The translations under genes were made by a program, and so were the position numbers. A stretch of 64,000 nt of DNA, from NCBI GenBank assembly GCA_030704615.1, contig CM060734.1, positions 13,702,001 through 13,766,000 of the forward strand, written 5' to 3'. The notes beneath the pieces are model-generated. The model did no database searches, was not told the origin of the DNA, and was given only the letters and a program-made list of their open reading frames with translations. Positions within the stretch are counted from its first letter, which is position 1, and the number at the start of each line of letters is the position of its first letter. This document shows positions 36,520-48,720 of this stretch, piece by piece. The stretch is from Takakia lepidozioides. Taxonomy: Eukaryota > Plantae > Bryophyta.

Positions 36520-38862
36520 ATTGATTGGTTGCCCATCCAAATGATTTTTGTTTGCTTTCAATCTTTGTCACTATGTTCAATATACCATGTATCAGGTCCC
36601 CGACTAATATCAAATCAATCGAAATTCATTCGATGGCTCAACGGATGGTTGGCCATCGAAATGATTTGGTTCGCTTTGAGACTTGGCCACTATGTTCAAT
36701 GTGCCATGTAAGAGGCCCCAGAGTAATATGAGATCAATCGAAATTCGTTCAATGGCCAACGGCTGGTTGCCCATCCAAATGATTTTCGTTCGCTTTGAAA
36801 CTTGGCCAGTGTGTTCAATGTACCATCTGATAAGTCCTTGTGTAATATGAGATCAATAAAAAATTGTTCGATTGTCCAATGAGGCGTTCACTTGTCATCT
36901 GGTTTTTGTTAATGCGAAAAAGAAATCCAGCAATGCGTGCACGGTATTGCACCCATTGAACGGATGTGGTTGAAGCCCCTCTTTTGCCCGCATGTGCTTG
37001 AACATGTGTGCGACACATGTGCAGAGACACAACAGACGAATAAATCATTTGCCTCCCCATCGACGCGCTCCCCCCTCAAGCCATTCCACAATTTAATTGA
37101 ATTTAAATTTATTTTAAGCCAATAAATAGGTTTGCACTGCCTTTCATTGGGGGTTTCTTGCACGTATCGATTTTTTTTTGGGGCTCAATTTTGTTCTGCG
37201 GCTTCCAGCATCCCACGGCTACTCCCCCACCCAAATTTGGACCAATAAAAAATGCCCCCAAAAAAAAGTGTTCTCTTCGCTCACTATTGCAGAACTCTCT
37301 ACAAAGAATGCATGAAGCAAAACACAAATCAAGTTTGGAATGCAAAACAGAGAAGAAAACTGTGGTTTTGGGTCCAAATGAATTTTGATCGCTCCCAAAT
37401 TTGGCACGCACGTTGCATATGGCTACATTACACGCCCCATTCAAAAACGGAATGAAAAAAAAAATTGTGAGCACGCGAAACACAGTCCAACAGGTCCCAA
37501 AGCAATAGCAGCTCCAACGGAATACATTCAACGGGTGAACGGATGGTTGCCCATCCAAATCATTTTTGTTAGCTTCCAAATTCTGCCAGCACGTTTGAGA
37601 CACCCTCTCACAGGTCCCGGACTAATATCAGATCAATCAAAATTCATTCGATGGCTCAACGGATGGTTGGCCATCGAAATGATTTTGGTTCGCTTTGAGA
37701 CTTGGCCACTATGTTCAATGTGCTATGTAAGAGGCCCCATAGTAATATGAGATCAATCGAAATTCGTTCAATGGGCCAACGGATGGTTGCCCATCCAAAT
37801 GATTTTCGTTCGCTTTGAAACTTGGCCAGTGTGTTCAATGTACCATCTGATACGTCCCTATGTAATACGAGATCAATCGAAAATTGTTCAATTGTCCAAT
37901 GAGGCGTTCACTTGTCATCTGGTTTTTGTTCAATGCGAAAAAGAAATCATGCAATGCGTGCACGGCTATTGCACCCATTGAACGGATGTGGTTGAAGCCC
38001 CTCTTTTGCCCGCATGTGCTTGAACATGTGTGCGACACATGTGCGGAGACACAACAGACGAGTAAATCATTTGCCTCCCCATCGACGCGCTCCCCCCTCA
38101 AGCCATTCCACATTTAATTGAATTTAAATTTATTTTAAGCCAATAAATAGGTTTGCACTGCCTTTCATTGGGGGTTTCTTGCACGTATCGATTTTGTTTT
38201 TGGCTCAATTTTGTTCTGCGGCTTCCAACATCCCACGGCTACTCCCCCACCCAAATTTGGACCAATAAAAAATGCCCAAAAAAAAAAGTGTTCTCTTCGC
38301 TCACTATTGCAGAACTCTCTATAAAGAGTGCAGGAAGTAGAACACAAATCAAGTTTGGAGTGCAAAACAGGGAAGAAAACTGTGGTTTTGGGTCTAAATG
38401 AATTTTGATCGCTCCCAAATTTGGCACGCACGTTGCATATGGCTACGTTACACGCCCCATTCAGAAACAGAATGAAAAAAAAATTGTGAGCACGCGAAAC
38501 ACAGTCCAATAGGTCCCAAAGCAATAGCAGCTCCAATGGAATACATTCAACGGGTGAACGGATGGTTGCCCATTCAAATCATTTTTGTTAGCTTCCAAAT
38601 TTTGCCAGCACGTTTGAGACACCTTCTCACAGGTCCCGGACTAATATCAGATCAATCGAAATTCATTCGATGGCTCAACGGATGGTTGGCCATTGAAATG
38701 ATTTTGGTTCGCTTTGAGACTTGGCCACTATGTTCAATGTGCCATGTAAGAGGCCCCAGAGTAATATGAGATCAATCGAAATTCGTTCAATGGGCCAACG
38801 GATGGTTGCCCATCCAAATGATTTTCGTTCGCTTTGAAACTTGGCCAGTGTGTTCAATGTAC
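36520..38862 (-). repeat. ~1.02-kb tandem repeat (about 2.3 copies) containing the 120-bp repeat in reverse orientation
   Basis: ggttgcccatccaaatgattttcgttcgctttgaaacttgg at ~36765, ~37785 and ~38804. Confidence 0.92.
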
Positions 38863-39059
38863 CGCCTCGTACGCATTATTCGGCGTTGACATATTATAAC
38901 ATCTTCCAGTTCGGACAACAACAAATGTCTCCCGATCGGTTGTCGGTCATACAATTCGTTCTCCTCCGACACCCATGGAACCTGTGGGAGCCGGATAAAC
39001 CTGGACCTTCTTTGACTCCAATGCCCTCCCAGATTGCGGCAAAACTGCTATCTCTCCCA

Positions 39060-39470
39060 TCAATCTCGAATGCCTCCCGCACATATGGTTATCTCCCAAT
39101 CAGATGTGACCCAGAAATACTGGGGATCTTTGATGTATGCTGGGTTTCCGGCATGTATGCCATGCATCTCTCTGTCTGCATCCCATACCAAGTTCTTGCC
39201 CCAATGCACACAATTCAGAAATGTGTATGGTAGCCCATCCAATGGGAGGTTGTGTCGATTGTATTCAAAACCTATGGGCATCCAATCCTCCAAGCCCACC
39301 AGCTCATAGAAATGGTGATGGATTGGTGTACGGCATTTTGGACAAGCGCTCGTCCGCAAGGCTTGCGGGATAAGACATGTGAGATGGAACATATGTCCAC
39401 ATGATCCAAGCACATGACATCCCTCTGGGCCGTATGGATTCCTACACATCGAACAAACTGTGCCATCTGA
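39060..39470 (-). pseudogene. RING-H2 domain ORF, probably part of a degraded intronless gene extending to ~40430
   Basis: CSMC..CGHMFHLTC..CPKC (C3H2C3). Upstream same-strand ORF pieces lie at 39576-39995 and 40008-40433. Confidence 0.75.
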
Positions 39471-41319
39471 AATTCATGACGGCAAAACGCCTTGTGGTAT
39501 CTCCTCCCTCTGGGCCCGTTTGATGTGGCTGGTCATCCTTGTTGTGGTGTCTCACTCTTCCTCTATCTCCAATTCCTAGTTTATGCTTCTGTTCGATCCC
39601 AAAATTCTGTGCTCACATCGATCGAATATAGAATCCACATCTGCCCAATTGGTATACCCAGCAAACATGCTTGATGCGATGCGGAGATCATTATACCTTT
39701 GCATGTTGGCATAAATGCTATCCACGCTACGGTTCGATATGCGTGCGACACGTTGCAAGCCTGACAGTGCCCGCTCTACCCGTGCTTCTCTGGAGGCCAA
39801 ATGGATCGCCCATTGTACCCAATTCTCCCAAGCGCCATTCAATGGGACCCATGCCCGAATCTCCAGCATTTTGGACAAGCGCCATGTAGTTGCCATGGCA
39901 ATGTCCCGCTCATTTGTTGCCATATCATACATGCCAGACCTGCCTTTGGGTATAACTGTGCCGTTATACATGTGCTGTCCTCTTGCTTTGCACATGCATT
40001 TCCATGCTTAAGTTATTGCAGTTTGGCCATCACTTCCTCCCTGGCTATTTTTGTATGCATGGGTCAATAATTGTGCCTTTATACATGACGCGTTCACGTA
40101 ATTGTGTCTGTTTCCTTTTACAGGGGCCTTCCCGTGGGTAGATTGAGAATCCCACGAGCATGTTTTTGCTTTCAAGGAGGATACAAAGGTCTTCAAGTCT
40201 CTTCTGGCTAGCCTCCAACACATGCCTTCCAAGGAACAACTTGAAGTTCTGGAATCGTCATCCGAGTCGAAGGAGGTCTTTGTGAAACCAAAGAAGCAGC
40301 AACGTGTTGTTCCCAAACAAAAGTGTCCAACATTTGGGGATTTCCAGTGAGTTCCACATTGTAAGTCCATCTGTAGTGCTTGGGGGTCCCTCCCAATGAT
40401 TTCGTCCTTCCAATGAATCTTGCAGATTTCCATTCACTCTAGTAATGAACTAGCAGTTTGATGTTTTCTGCAGGATTGATGAGTCTTTTGAGCGGCAACC
40501 CCCTTCTTGTCCTCACAGGGCTGTCAGTAAGCCGTTCTATGCTCAACAAGATTTCTTCTCGAGCCCAGTGAAGTCATTTGACTTGCCATCTTACGCAGAT
40601 AAGTTTGCACGGATCTCTATCAGACACCCTAAACCAAGTACAGTGCAGCGTGTTTTAGCTGCATACAAAGATAGAAAGAAAGAGGCAAAGATTTCTAGAA
40701 GGGCCAGGCGGGTTAGACGTTTTGTGTTGCAATCAGCATTGGAGAGTGATGGTGAGGATGATTCATCGGAGGTCCACTGGAGGGTTCCAGAAGGAGAGGA
40801 TGGACATTTTGAGTGTAGCTCTGGCAGTGGTGGTAATGAGCATGATGCATATGCCACCAGCGATGTGGATTCCAACATCGGGTGTTCTCCCTCATCTTCG
40901 GGAAGTGCAGGTGCTGGTGCACACTACACGGTGTGGGTGCAACAGAGTCCATGGTTGAGGGTCTACCTTAGCAATTTTCGAAACTTGCTTTGTTCGGACT
41001 TGAAATTTTAATAAACAATGTTGGGACCGTCCTACTCTTCCACCTTCTATTGTTTGCTTGTGGTGCCTCTTATACTGCCGAGATCTTCAGAACTCCACAC
41101 CATTGATCTATATTTCTGAACATGTACAACTTCCCTCCAAACGGCAATTTCACTTGCACTGCTATATAAATGTGATTCATCTTCCACTTTCAGTTTTTCT
41201 GTGAGAGGCTCTGTATGCATAGCCCCGATGTGTCCATTTCTGAATTACTTGTCATTTCAACAAGACACCAAGATTTTGTTTAAAAAAACCACACCCAAGT
41301 GTTCATTAATAACTGAGTC

Positions 41320-41739
41320 CATCACTACCTCACGTGCATTCACAGCAAAATACGAGATAACACTCGGATGCTGGAACTTCACTGCCAAACACTCGTCGTT
41401 ATGTTGTCTCAACGCCTTTTCTGGATTTTTGGACTTGGGTTTTCTTCCCGCTAGCTCCCAACGCTCCGATATTCTAGAATCGCCAACAATCCTACAGTGA
41501 CGGACCTTATCATACCCTCCTTCTTTGTAAGGGCCAATCTCTACCACCTTCGCACTAGAGTTCAGGTAATAAAGACCAGTTGTGCCTCCCCCGCCCGATG
41601 ACCCCGCCTTCCAAGGAACAACCCTAGTCCGGCGATGTGAATTCTGACTTGCCGAGCAAGCCCAATACTCAACACGCCGCATTAACTTAGCTTCGGCGGA
41701 GGGCACTCGACCCTCGGTTGTTCTACCCTTCCATGTCTT
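41320..41739 (-). pseudogene. Third kinase copy, N-lobe fragment
   Basis: KTWKGRTTEGRVPSAEA..EGGYDKVR..LAGRKPKSK..HNDECLAVKFQHP matches 31273-31661. Confidence 0.88.
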
Positions 41740-42230
41740 TGAGCGAATCAAGTCTGGGCACTGAATGGCTCAAGTCCGGGCACTGAACGAGCCAAACCCC
41801 CCTCCATCAATACACTGATCCCCCTAGTAAAATTTTGTAAACAGTAATCCCCTTAGTGAGGTTTGCAAACACTGACCCCCCCACACAACTTTGATAACAC
41901 CAATCCCCTAAATGAATTTTGTAGACACTGTTCCCCCCAACAAAATTTTGAAAACACTGATCCCCCAATGAGGCCTTGAGCGGATCAAATCCGGGCACTG
42001 AACGGCCTTGAGCGGATCAAGTCTGGGCACTGAACGCCTAGTTATCATTCCTGACGTGACGTGGTGCTGACACGTCGGCCGTCACGTCACGTCGAATCCG
42101 GACGTTTACCCATGTAATTTTTTTTACATTTGACTTTTACGATTTACTTCTACCCTTTGTAATGACATGGCAGCCACGGTGTAAAACAGACGTGGCCAAT
42201 TATTAATATTTATTAATTATTTAAAAAAAT

Positions 42231-42821
42231 ATGTCCGCCTATATTGGCGGTCGCTTGTATTTTATTACATTTTAAAATAAGCGACCGCCTACATTGGCGG
42301 TCGGTTGAAGTTTATTATGTTTTAAATGAAGCGACCGCCCAAATTGGCGGTCGCTCGCACTTTATTATATTATTATTATTATATCTTTGATATATTCTGT
42401 AAAAATACAGCGACCGCCATGTGGCGGTCGCTATATATATATTTTAAATTTAGCGACCGCCATTTAGCAGCGGTCGCTTATTTTTATTTTTATTCTTAAA
42501 TAAAGCAACCGCCGTTTGGCGGTCGCTTCTTCAGTTAATTTTTGAAAAATGCAGTGACCGCCATTTGGCGGCCGTCGCTATTTTTGTTAATAAAGAATAC
42601 AACGACCGCCGTTTGGAGGCGGTCGCTCGATTTGATTTTGATTCTTAAATTATGCGACCGTCGTTTGGCAGTCGCTTACTTAATATATTTCTTAAAATGA
42701 AGCGACCGCCATTTTAACGGCGGTCGTTTATTTAATATATATTTTTAAAAAGCAGCGACCGCCATGTGGCAGTCGTTTTTTTTGTTTTTATAAATATAGC
42801 GACCGCCATGCGGCGGTCGCG
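42231..42821. repeat. Array of 12 GC-rich palindromes GCGACCGCC-N3-8-GGCGGTCGC with AT-rich spacers
   Basis: Units start at ~42233, 42281, 42331, 42410, 42453, 42505, 42554, 42602, 42654, 42702, 42755 and 42799. Confidence 0.9.
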
Positions 42822-43109
42822 TGTTTTTTTCTTTTCTTAGAAATCCAGGGACCCGCCGTGTGACGTTTTATTTTTAATTTTTAATCATGAAGCGGCGCCT
42901 GGCCAGCCACATGGCGAGGTGCCACGGGTCAGGAAAAACGAAACAAATGGGATGGGGGGAGGTGGTTTTGAACCCTTGACCTCTCCCATATGGGTGCGCG
43001 TGGCGAGGTGCGACTGGCCAGTCGCGCCGCGCTGACACGTCGCGAGGCACCACTGGCCTGTCGCGCCTTTTCAAGCATAATGCCATTTTTTTGGGGGGGC
43101 GGGGCTGGT

Positions 43110-43796
43110 GGGCGCCTATATAAGCCATTCCCCCCTCCTTTTCTGATCACTTTTGCCCCTCTTGTGGTGCGGTTCTTTGGCATCATGTAGTCTTTTCAGA
43201 CTTCGTTGCTTGGCACTGCCAACGGGAGGTGCAAAGGTGAATATTTGGGGGGGGGGGGAGGTTTTGTCGGTTTTCTATTGGTCAGTCCCACACAGTTGTT
43301 CACGGTACAATCATCGTATCATCATTTTGCCGTTTCCGGATCTCCGGCGGTCTGTTTTTTTGCAGAAAACTACAAAGACACCATCCACACGCGTTCATTG
43401 CCGTTTTCTGAGGTTTTGGATCATGTAGTGGGCAAAGGTTTATACAATGTCGGGGGTTGTGAATTCAAGTTCTGGGGCGGGGTCGTCTGGGGGCGGAGGA
43501 AGAGAAAACATGCCCACGAGCGGGATAGCCAGGTCAACAAGCCAGACACCCGGGACCGGATGCCTCGGATAGGGTGACAGAAGTGGTAGTGGATTATTTC
43601 AAGGGTAGGGACATGATGAGGTTGGAGAGTGCTTATGTCAGGCATGGATGGGAGGGGTTTCAGATTTTTCAGCAAAATATGGAGAGGAAAATGACAAACG
43701 CTTTGGCGGGGGCTAAGTGGACGGCGGACAGGGACAAGCCGAAGTTCAATCGGTGGATCCAAAGCAGGGCGAAAGACGCCACGTGGAATTTGAGGC
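43110..43796 (+). pseudogene. Promoter/5' leader and N-terminus of the kinase gene (partner of 41320-41739)
   Basis: Homologous to 30598-31264. It ends at gtggaatttgaggc, ~8 nt before the point where the minus-strand fragment begins. Confidence 0.85.
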
Positions 43797-44669
43797 CAGT
43801 GCCCGGACTTGAGCCGTTCAGTGCCTGGACTTGAGTTGTTCAGTGCCCGGACTTGATCCGCTCAAGGCAGTTTAGTGCCTCATTAGGGGGATCAGTGTTT
43901 TCAAAGTTTTGCTGGGGAAACAATGTCTATAAAATTCATTTGGGGGATTGGTGTTGTCAAAGTTGTGTGGGGGGGTCTTTTTTTGCAAACTTCACTAGGG
44001 GGGTCACTGTTTACAAATGTTACTAGGGGGATTAGTGTTTTGATGGAGGGGGGTTTGGCTCGTTCAGTGCCCAGACTTCAGCTGCTCAAAGGCCGGTTTT
44101 GAAAGCCCATTTTATTAAGTATAATTTGAACATTTTTTTATTTTTTTAAAGAACCTAAAGTTATGGGTTTGAGTGGTTGAGTGCATGACTTTAATTGCTC
44201 AAAATCTAAATTTGATTCCCTAACTAGGAACTGTCAATAATAGTTGCTTAGTGCCAGTAATAGAAAAGGCCCAGGAGCCAACTATAAGGCTGGCCAGCAC
44301 ACCTACTATTATAGATCAATCAACAAGTGTATATATATATGTATAAGTGTGTCAAATACATTTAAAAAATATTTAAGTGGAGTGTACACTTATAGATTGT
44401 TTAACACCTGATATAACTAAAGTAGAGATATGTTAAAAATAAAAATATATGATATATATATAATGGTGTAATGTTATTTAGAATGGAATTGAAAGAGAAA
44501 GAAAAAGAATAAGAAAAAGATTATATTAACAAGTTCATGTGTATATAATTAGATAGCCAGATGAATAAAGTTGCTACATGTACTAGGTTTAGGTGCTATG
44601 GCTTTCATATAAGTTTCAATCTTAGAATATGCTATTATTGCTTTTGGCAAGTCACCATGGGGAAGCAGT

Positions 44670-45220
44670 GCAGGATCAGGGTAGCGAGGGTCTCAGTACA
44701 TGACAGGGGGATCAGGGGATCAGGGCAGTATCAAGGGACCAGGGGGAGCAGTGAATGGGAAGGTGATCAGGGGGATAACGGGAAGCAGAGTAGGCTCTTG
44801 GGGAGCAGGGGATCAGACTATCAGTGGATCAGGGGATCAGGGCATCATGGGGATCATAAGATAAGGGGATCATGTTTTGAGGATAAGGGGATCAAAGATA
44901 AGGGGATCAGGGGGATCATGTTTTGAAATATCTGCAGGGGATAACAGTGTTTGCAAACTTCATGGGGATCGGCCATTTCCAATGTTCCGCAAGGGGATCA
45001 TTGTTCCCAATGCATATTAGGGGGATCAGTGTTTTCAAAGTTCTTTGCAAAATTCAATAGGGGGATCGGTGTTCACTAGGAGGATCACTGTTTGCAAACT
45101 TCACAAGGGGGATCGATGTTTTGAAAGTTCTGCATGGGGGATCGATGTCCACAATTTGGAATAAGGGGGATCAGAGAAGGGGATTGGTAATGAGGTGAAA
45201 TGCATGGAGGGGGGATCAGC
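44670..45220. repeat. GGGGATC short repeats grading into ~30-bp periodic repeats related to the 43797-44091 element
   Basis: Repeated ggggatca; gggggatcagtgttttcaaag at 45020. Confidence 0.75.
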
Positions 45221-45799
45221 TCTTGCAGGTCGTCCAAGACATGAAAATCACAACATAACAGTAGAGCTTACTATTGCATTATCTCATCCATGTTGTGTAC
45301 CATTGAACAATGTTGTTCCATAACAGAACTGAAAGATGAAGAGTTTGAGAAGGATGAATAGTCTGAAACAGAAATTCGCAAACAACAAAAATTAATAGTA
45401 GTCTGAAACATAAACGAACAAATAGTTTGAAATAGTCTGAGTAGCTGAAACACTTTAACTAACTATCTGAAACAGAATCGAATGTAAAGTCACAAGTACC
45501 AAAGGGAGCAGGAGAGCATAAGGGCTAGTAGTTTTTATGGCTTCTTTTGGGGATGCCCCACTTTACGAAGGTACGCAAAATACAGGAGGATGGCGGAATT
45601 GCAGTGACTCTCTTACATCCAATACGCCATGATTTCCCAAACATAGCCAGTTCGACCCAGTCCTTCTTCCTCTTCAAACTCATTCCCGATCCATCCTGAA
45701 GACGCTAAAACCTTTTCAGAACATGTGGGTGGACAACTGGCTGCCATCCTCGTAGTCAATTGTTGTAGTTTCCCCCTCATCATGCGAAGTTCACTAAAC

Positions 45800-46450
45800 A
45801 GATGTTTGATCACGTGGAATATAATGTTGGCAGGATTTAGCAAACATGGGCATGGTACGAATGCCTTGGAGACCTGTGAGCAAATGATGCGCGAAGGGTG
45901 AAGCCCAACCACATCATGTTTGTTTGTGTTTGCAATGCATGTGCAAGCCTGGAAAAGGGGAAAGAGGTCCATGGTGACATCGGTCAAAGCTGGAATTGCA
46001 CCAGATGTCATTCTGAACACTGCCCTGACCTAGACATGTATGCCAAATGTGGATGCATTGAGGATGCAAAGGGAGTTTTCGACACTATGGGTGAACGAGA
46101 TGTGGTGTCGTGGAGTGCGATGCTTGCAGGGTATGCACAGCAGGGACGTGGGATGGAGGCTTTGGAGACCTATGAGCAAATGATGGGGAAGGGGTGAAGC
46201 CCGGCCACATCATGTTTGTGTGCATTTGCAATGCTTATGCAAGCCTGGCAGCCCTGAAGAAGGGCAAAGAGGTGCATGGGGATATCATCAAAGCTGGAAT
46301 TGTACCAAATGTCATTCTGAACACTGCCCTTGCAACTCTGGAAAAGGGGAAAGAGGTCCATGGCGACATCTTCAGCGCTGGAATTTTACCAAATGTCATT
46401 CTGAACCATACCTTGGTGGACATGTATGCAAAATGTGGGTGCATCGAGCC
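45800..46450 (+). pseudogene. PLS-class pentatricopeptide repeat pseudogene fragment
   Basis: DMYAKCGCIEDAKGVFDTMGERDVVSWSAMLAGYAQQGRGMEAL; ACASLEKGKEVHGDI repeats; frameshifts between motifs. Confidence 0.9.
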
Positions 46451-47534
46451 CTGGACAAGGGCAAAAGAGGTGCATGGTGTCAAGTTAAATAAGCACAGTG
46501 TGAAAACAGCTAGAATAAAACTAGTTATTTGTATTTAACACTTGGATTTAGGTCAAGTGTTAAATCAGGTGTCAAGTTTAGTTTGACACCTGGTCCGTCT
46601 TATCTTCACGAGAGCGGCAGTCGCGCAGCTCATCTCTCTCGAGTTGAGCCTGCGCAACCGAGCTCCTTCATCGCTTCAGATCTGAGTGTGCTTATGATGA
46701 GAGTGTAGGTTGTTGTGGGGTGGAGTCCCCATAGCTTGGGGTGCCCCTGGCTCGACTATTATCTTAAAGAGTGATGCTGTTGGATTCATGTTGTTTTCTT
46801 GTGTAAACAGTGTGTTGGCCTAGTTTTCTTATCACTCGAGAGAGATGATGCTACCTAGTTTTTAGTGCTAAGCTAGATACAATGTTTTTTTTAGCACTAT
46901 TATAATATACATCTTGGGGCAGGAGTCCATCTGGCCCTGCTGTTGCCATGGGCTGTGCGCACAGATCTAGTTGTCGTCTCTGCTCGTGAGTTTAAAAAAA
47001 AAAAAAAACAAGAGGTGTGGAGGTTGGAGACTTTGATAGTTGGCCACAAGGTCTTGGTGATGGAGTCTTGCAGTGACCACTGAACTGTCTGCCTGCGCGA
47101 TGGCGCGATGGGCCCATGGGAGGCGGCCAACATTAGCCATTTCTCTCATATCTGGGATAACGAGACACTGCTTTCTTCATCTAAAGCTACTCCTGCTCTC
47201 TCCCGGCGAAGGGCCCGTGCTGGCTGGGATTTGGTGACCAGCGATATTCCGCCAGCATGAGTGGGACTGGCTTCCATTCCATGCAATATTAGGTCTCTCC
47301 CGGCTTAAGTTAGTTCCAATTTGCAGGGCAGCAAGTCTGCATTGTTTGCTGTCTCTCGCAATGGCCATTTGCTGCAGGGTTGGAAGTTCAAAGCACCAGT
47401 TACCTTCGCCAATGTGAACGCATTTGACTTCCGGTCACAATGAATGAGACGAACTTCTGAGGAATGCTGATGTCGCTGAGATTCTGCACCGGACCACTTT
47501 CCCTCGTTCAGTCAAGCTTTCGGTAACAGAGCTC

Positions 47535-47729
47535 CCTGAGACATATCTGCACCGAATCGGTCGAAGCGGGCGGTTTGGTCGCAAAGGTGCTGCTTTCAAT
47601 TTGTTGCTCACAGATCAATATGAGCGAAACGTCACGAAGATTCAACGTCATTTTAACAAAGTGATTCCTGAGGTGGCATGGAATGATGATGTTGCAATAG
47701 AGGAAGTCTTGAGGGATGCAGGCCTTGCA
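47535..47729 (+). pseudogene. DEAD-box helicase C-terminal fragment (Dbp5/DDX19/LOS4-like), uninterrupted
   Basis: PETYLHRIGRSGRFGRKGAAFNLL..KIQRHFNKVIPEVAWNDD..EEVLRDAGL. Confidence 0.8.
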
Positions 47730-48544
47730 AGAGCCTCCCTACACAGGTCTGGTAAAACAAGGCTTTCATGTGGCAGATCTTGGAGAGGGTGAAGAGCAGA
47801 CACACATGTGTTTGCTTCCATTCTTCTTGCAGACAAAGGTTCTCGAGTGGCCAAGAAGGCTGCCAAAAAGCGGAAAGCAGCATTTCAGTAAGCGTTTTAA
47901 TGTATCGGTGCGCTCAACACAGTCATACTGGGTGATTGTCGCATTTCATACCACTCCATAAAGTCTTGATAGCTGGGAGTTTTCTATCCAAGACCACTTG
48001 ACGGCCCGTAAGGAGTGAGAGCAAATGGGCATGGAGTATTGAGCTGGAGCAGATCTCTTTGGATGAGTGTGCATCACAACGGTTCTTTTGCACACTCATG
48101 TTGCAGGTTAGATCCTAGAGCCTGGATTGTTACCAAGAAGGTGGTCACAGGCTAAAAGGTGTAGAGAATACAGAGCCTTAGGACTGCCTGTGTGATGCAC
48201 AGTTTATGTATGTTTATACTGTTTGAGAGCAGGGTCACAGCCATGGAGGTGAACTGGCAAGTACATGTGATAGAAAAGCTAAGTACATGAGAAGATTGAG
48301 ATAGGCCAACAGGCTTTCAAGGAAGACAGAATAAGCTCGGGATTGGTGGCACTTCCCTATATTGGTGGCAACATGAAATTGCGAGCACTGCGGGTGGCAT
48401 TAGAAGGAATGCTGCACTGAGAGGGAGGTGAGCAGGCACATGAAAAGAGCGGGAGGCAAAGAAGATGAGGCCCATTGCAGAGCAAGGGAGCTCCCTGCTA
48501 TGAGTCAGTTCTTGCCTCGTCCTGCTGCCGCTCACTGTTGCAAG

Positions 48545-48720
48545 CTCCATCTTCAGCCGCAGCGTGCAGGCCCAGTTCGAGGAAGAGGAGCAATAGCGCA
48601 GGAGCAGATCCGCCATCGCCAGAGCTCAGATGCCCCCGCCATCGGAGAAGATTCACAGGCTAGTTGATGAAATCTCCAGCCTCACTCTACTTGAAGTTTC
48701 GGATCTCACAACGCTGTTGA
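48545..48720 (+). pseudogene. Organellar ribosomal protein L7/L12 N-terminal fragment
   Basis: PPPSEKIHRLVDEISSLTLLEVSDLTTLL at 48633-48719, with an in-frame stop upstream. Confidence 0.7.

Larger units (their letters stand above)
41738..44091. repeat. Pair of ~295-bp inverted repeats (41738-42037 and 43797-44091) built of ~22-bp and ~31-bp subrepeats
   Basis: aagtctgggcactgaa / ttcagtgcccagactt and aaaacactgatccccc / gggggatcagtgtttt are collinear in reverse complement. Confidence 0.88.

Noticed and set aside
40568-41011. 147-aa ORF with basic and acidic tracts
   Set aside because: No recognisable domain, no ATG start and no second copy to test coding constraint.
42231-42821. CRISPR-like repeat-spacer array
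   Set aside because: Eukaryotic context, variable repeat loops, low-complexity AT spacers and no cas genes.
46532-46592. Two adjacent short hairpins as a Helitron 3' end
   Set aside because: They are AT-rich and no CTRR terminus follows at the expected distance.
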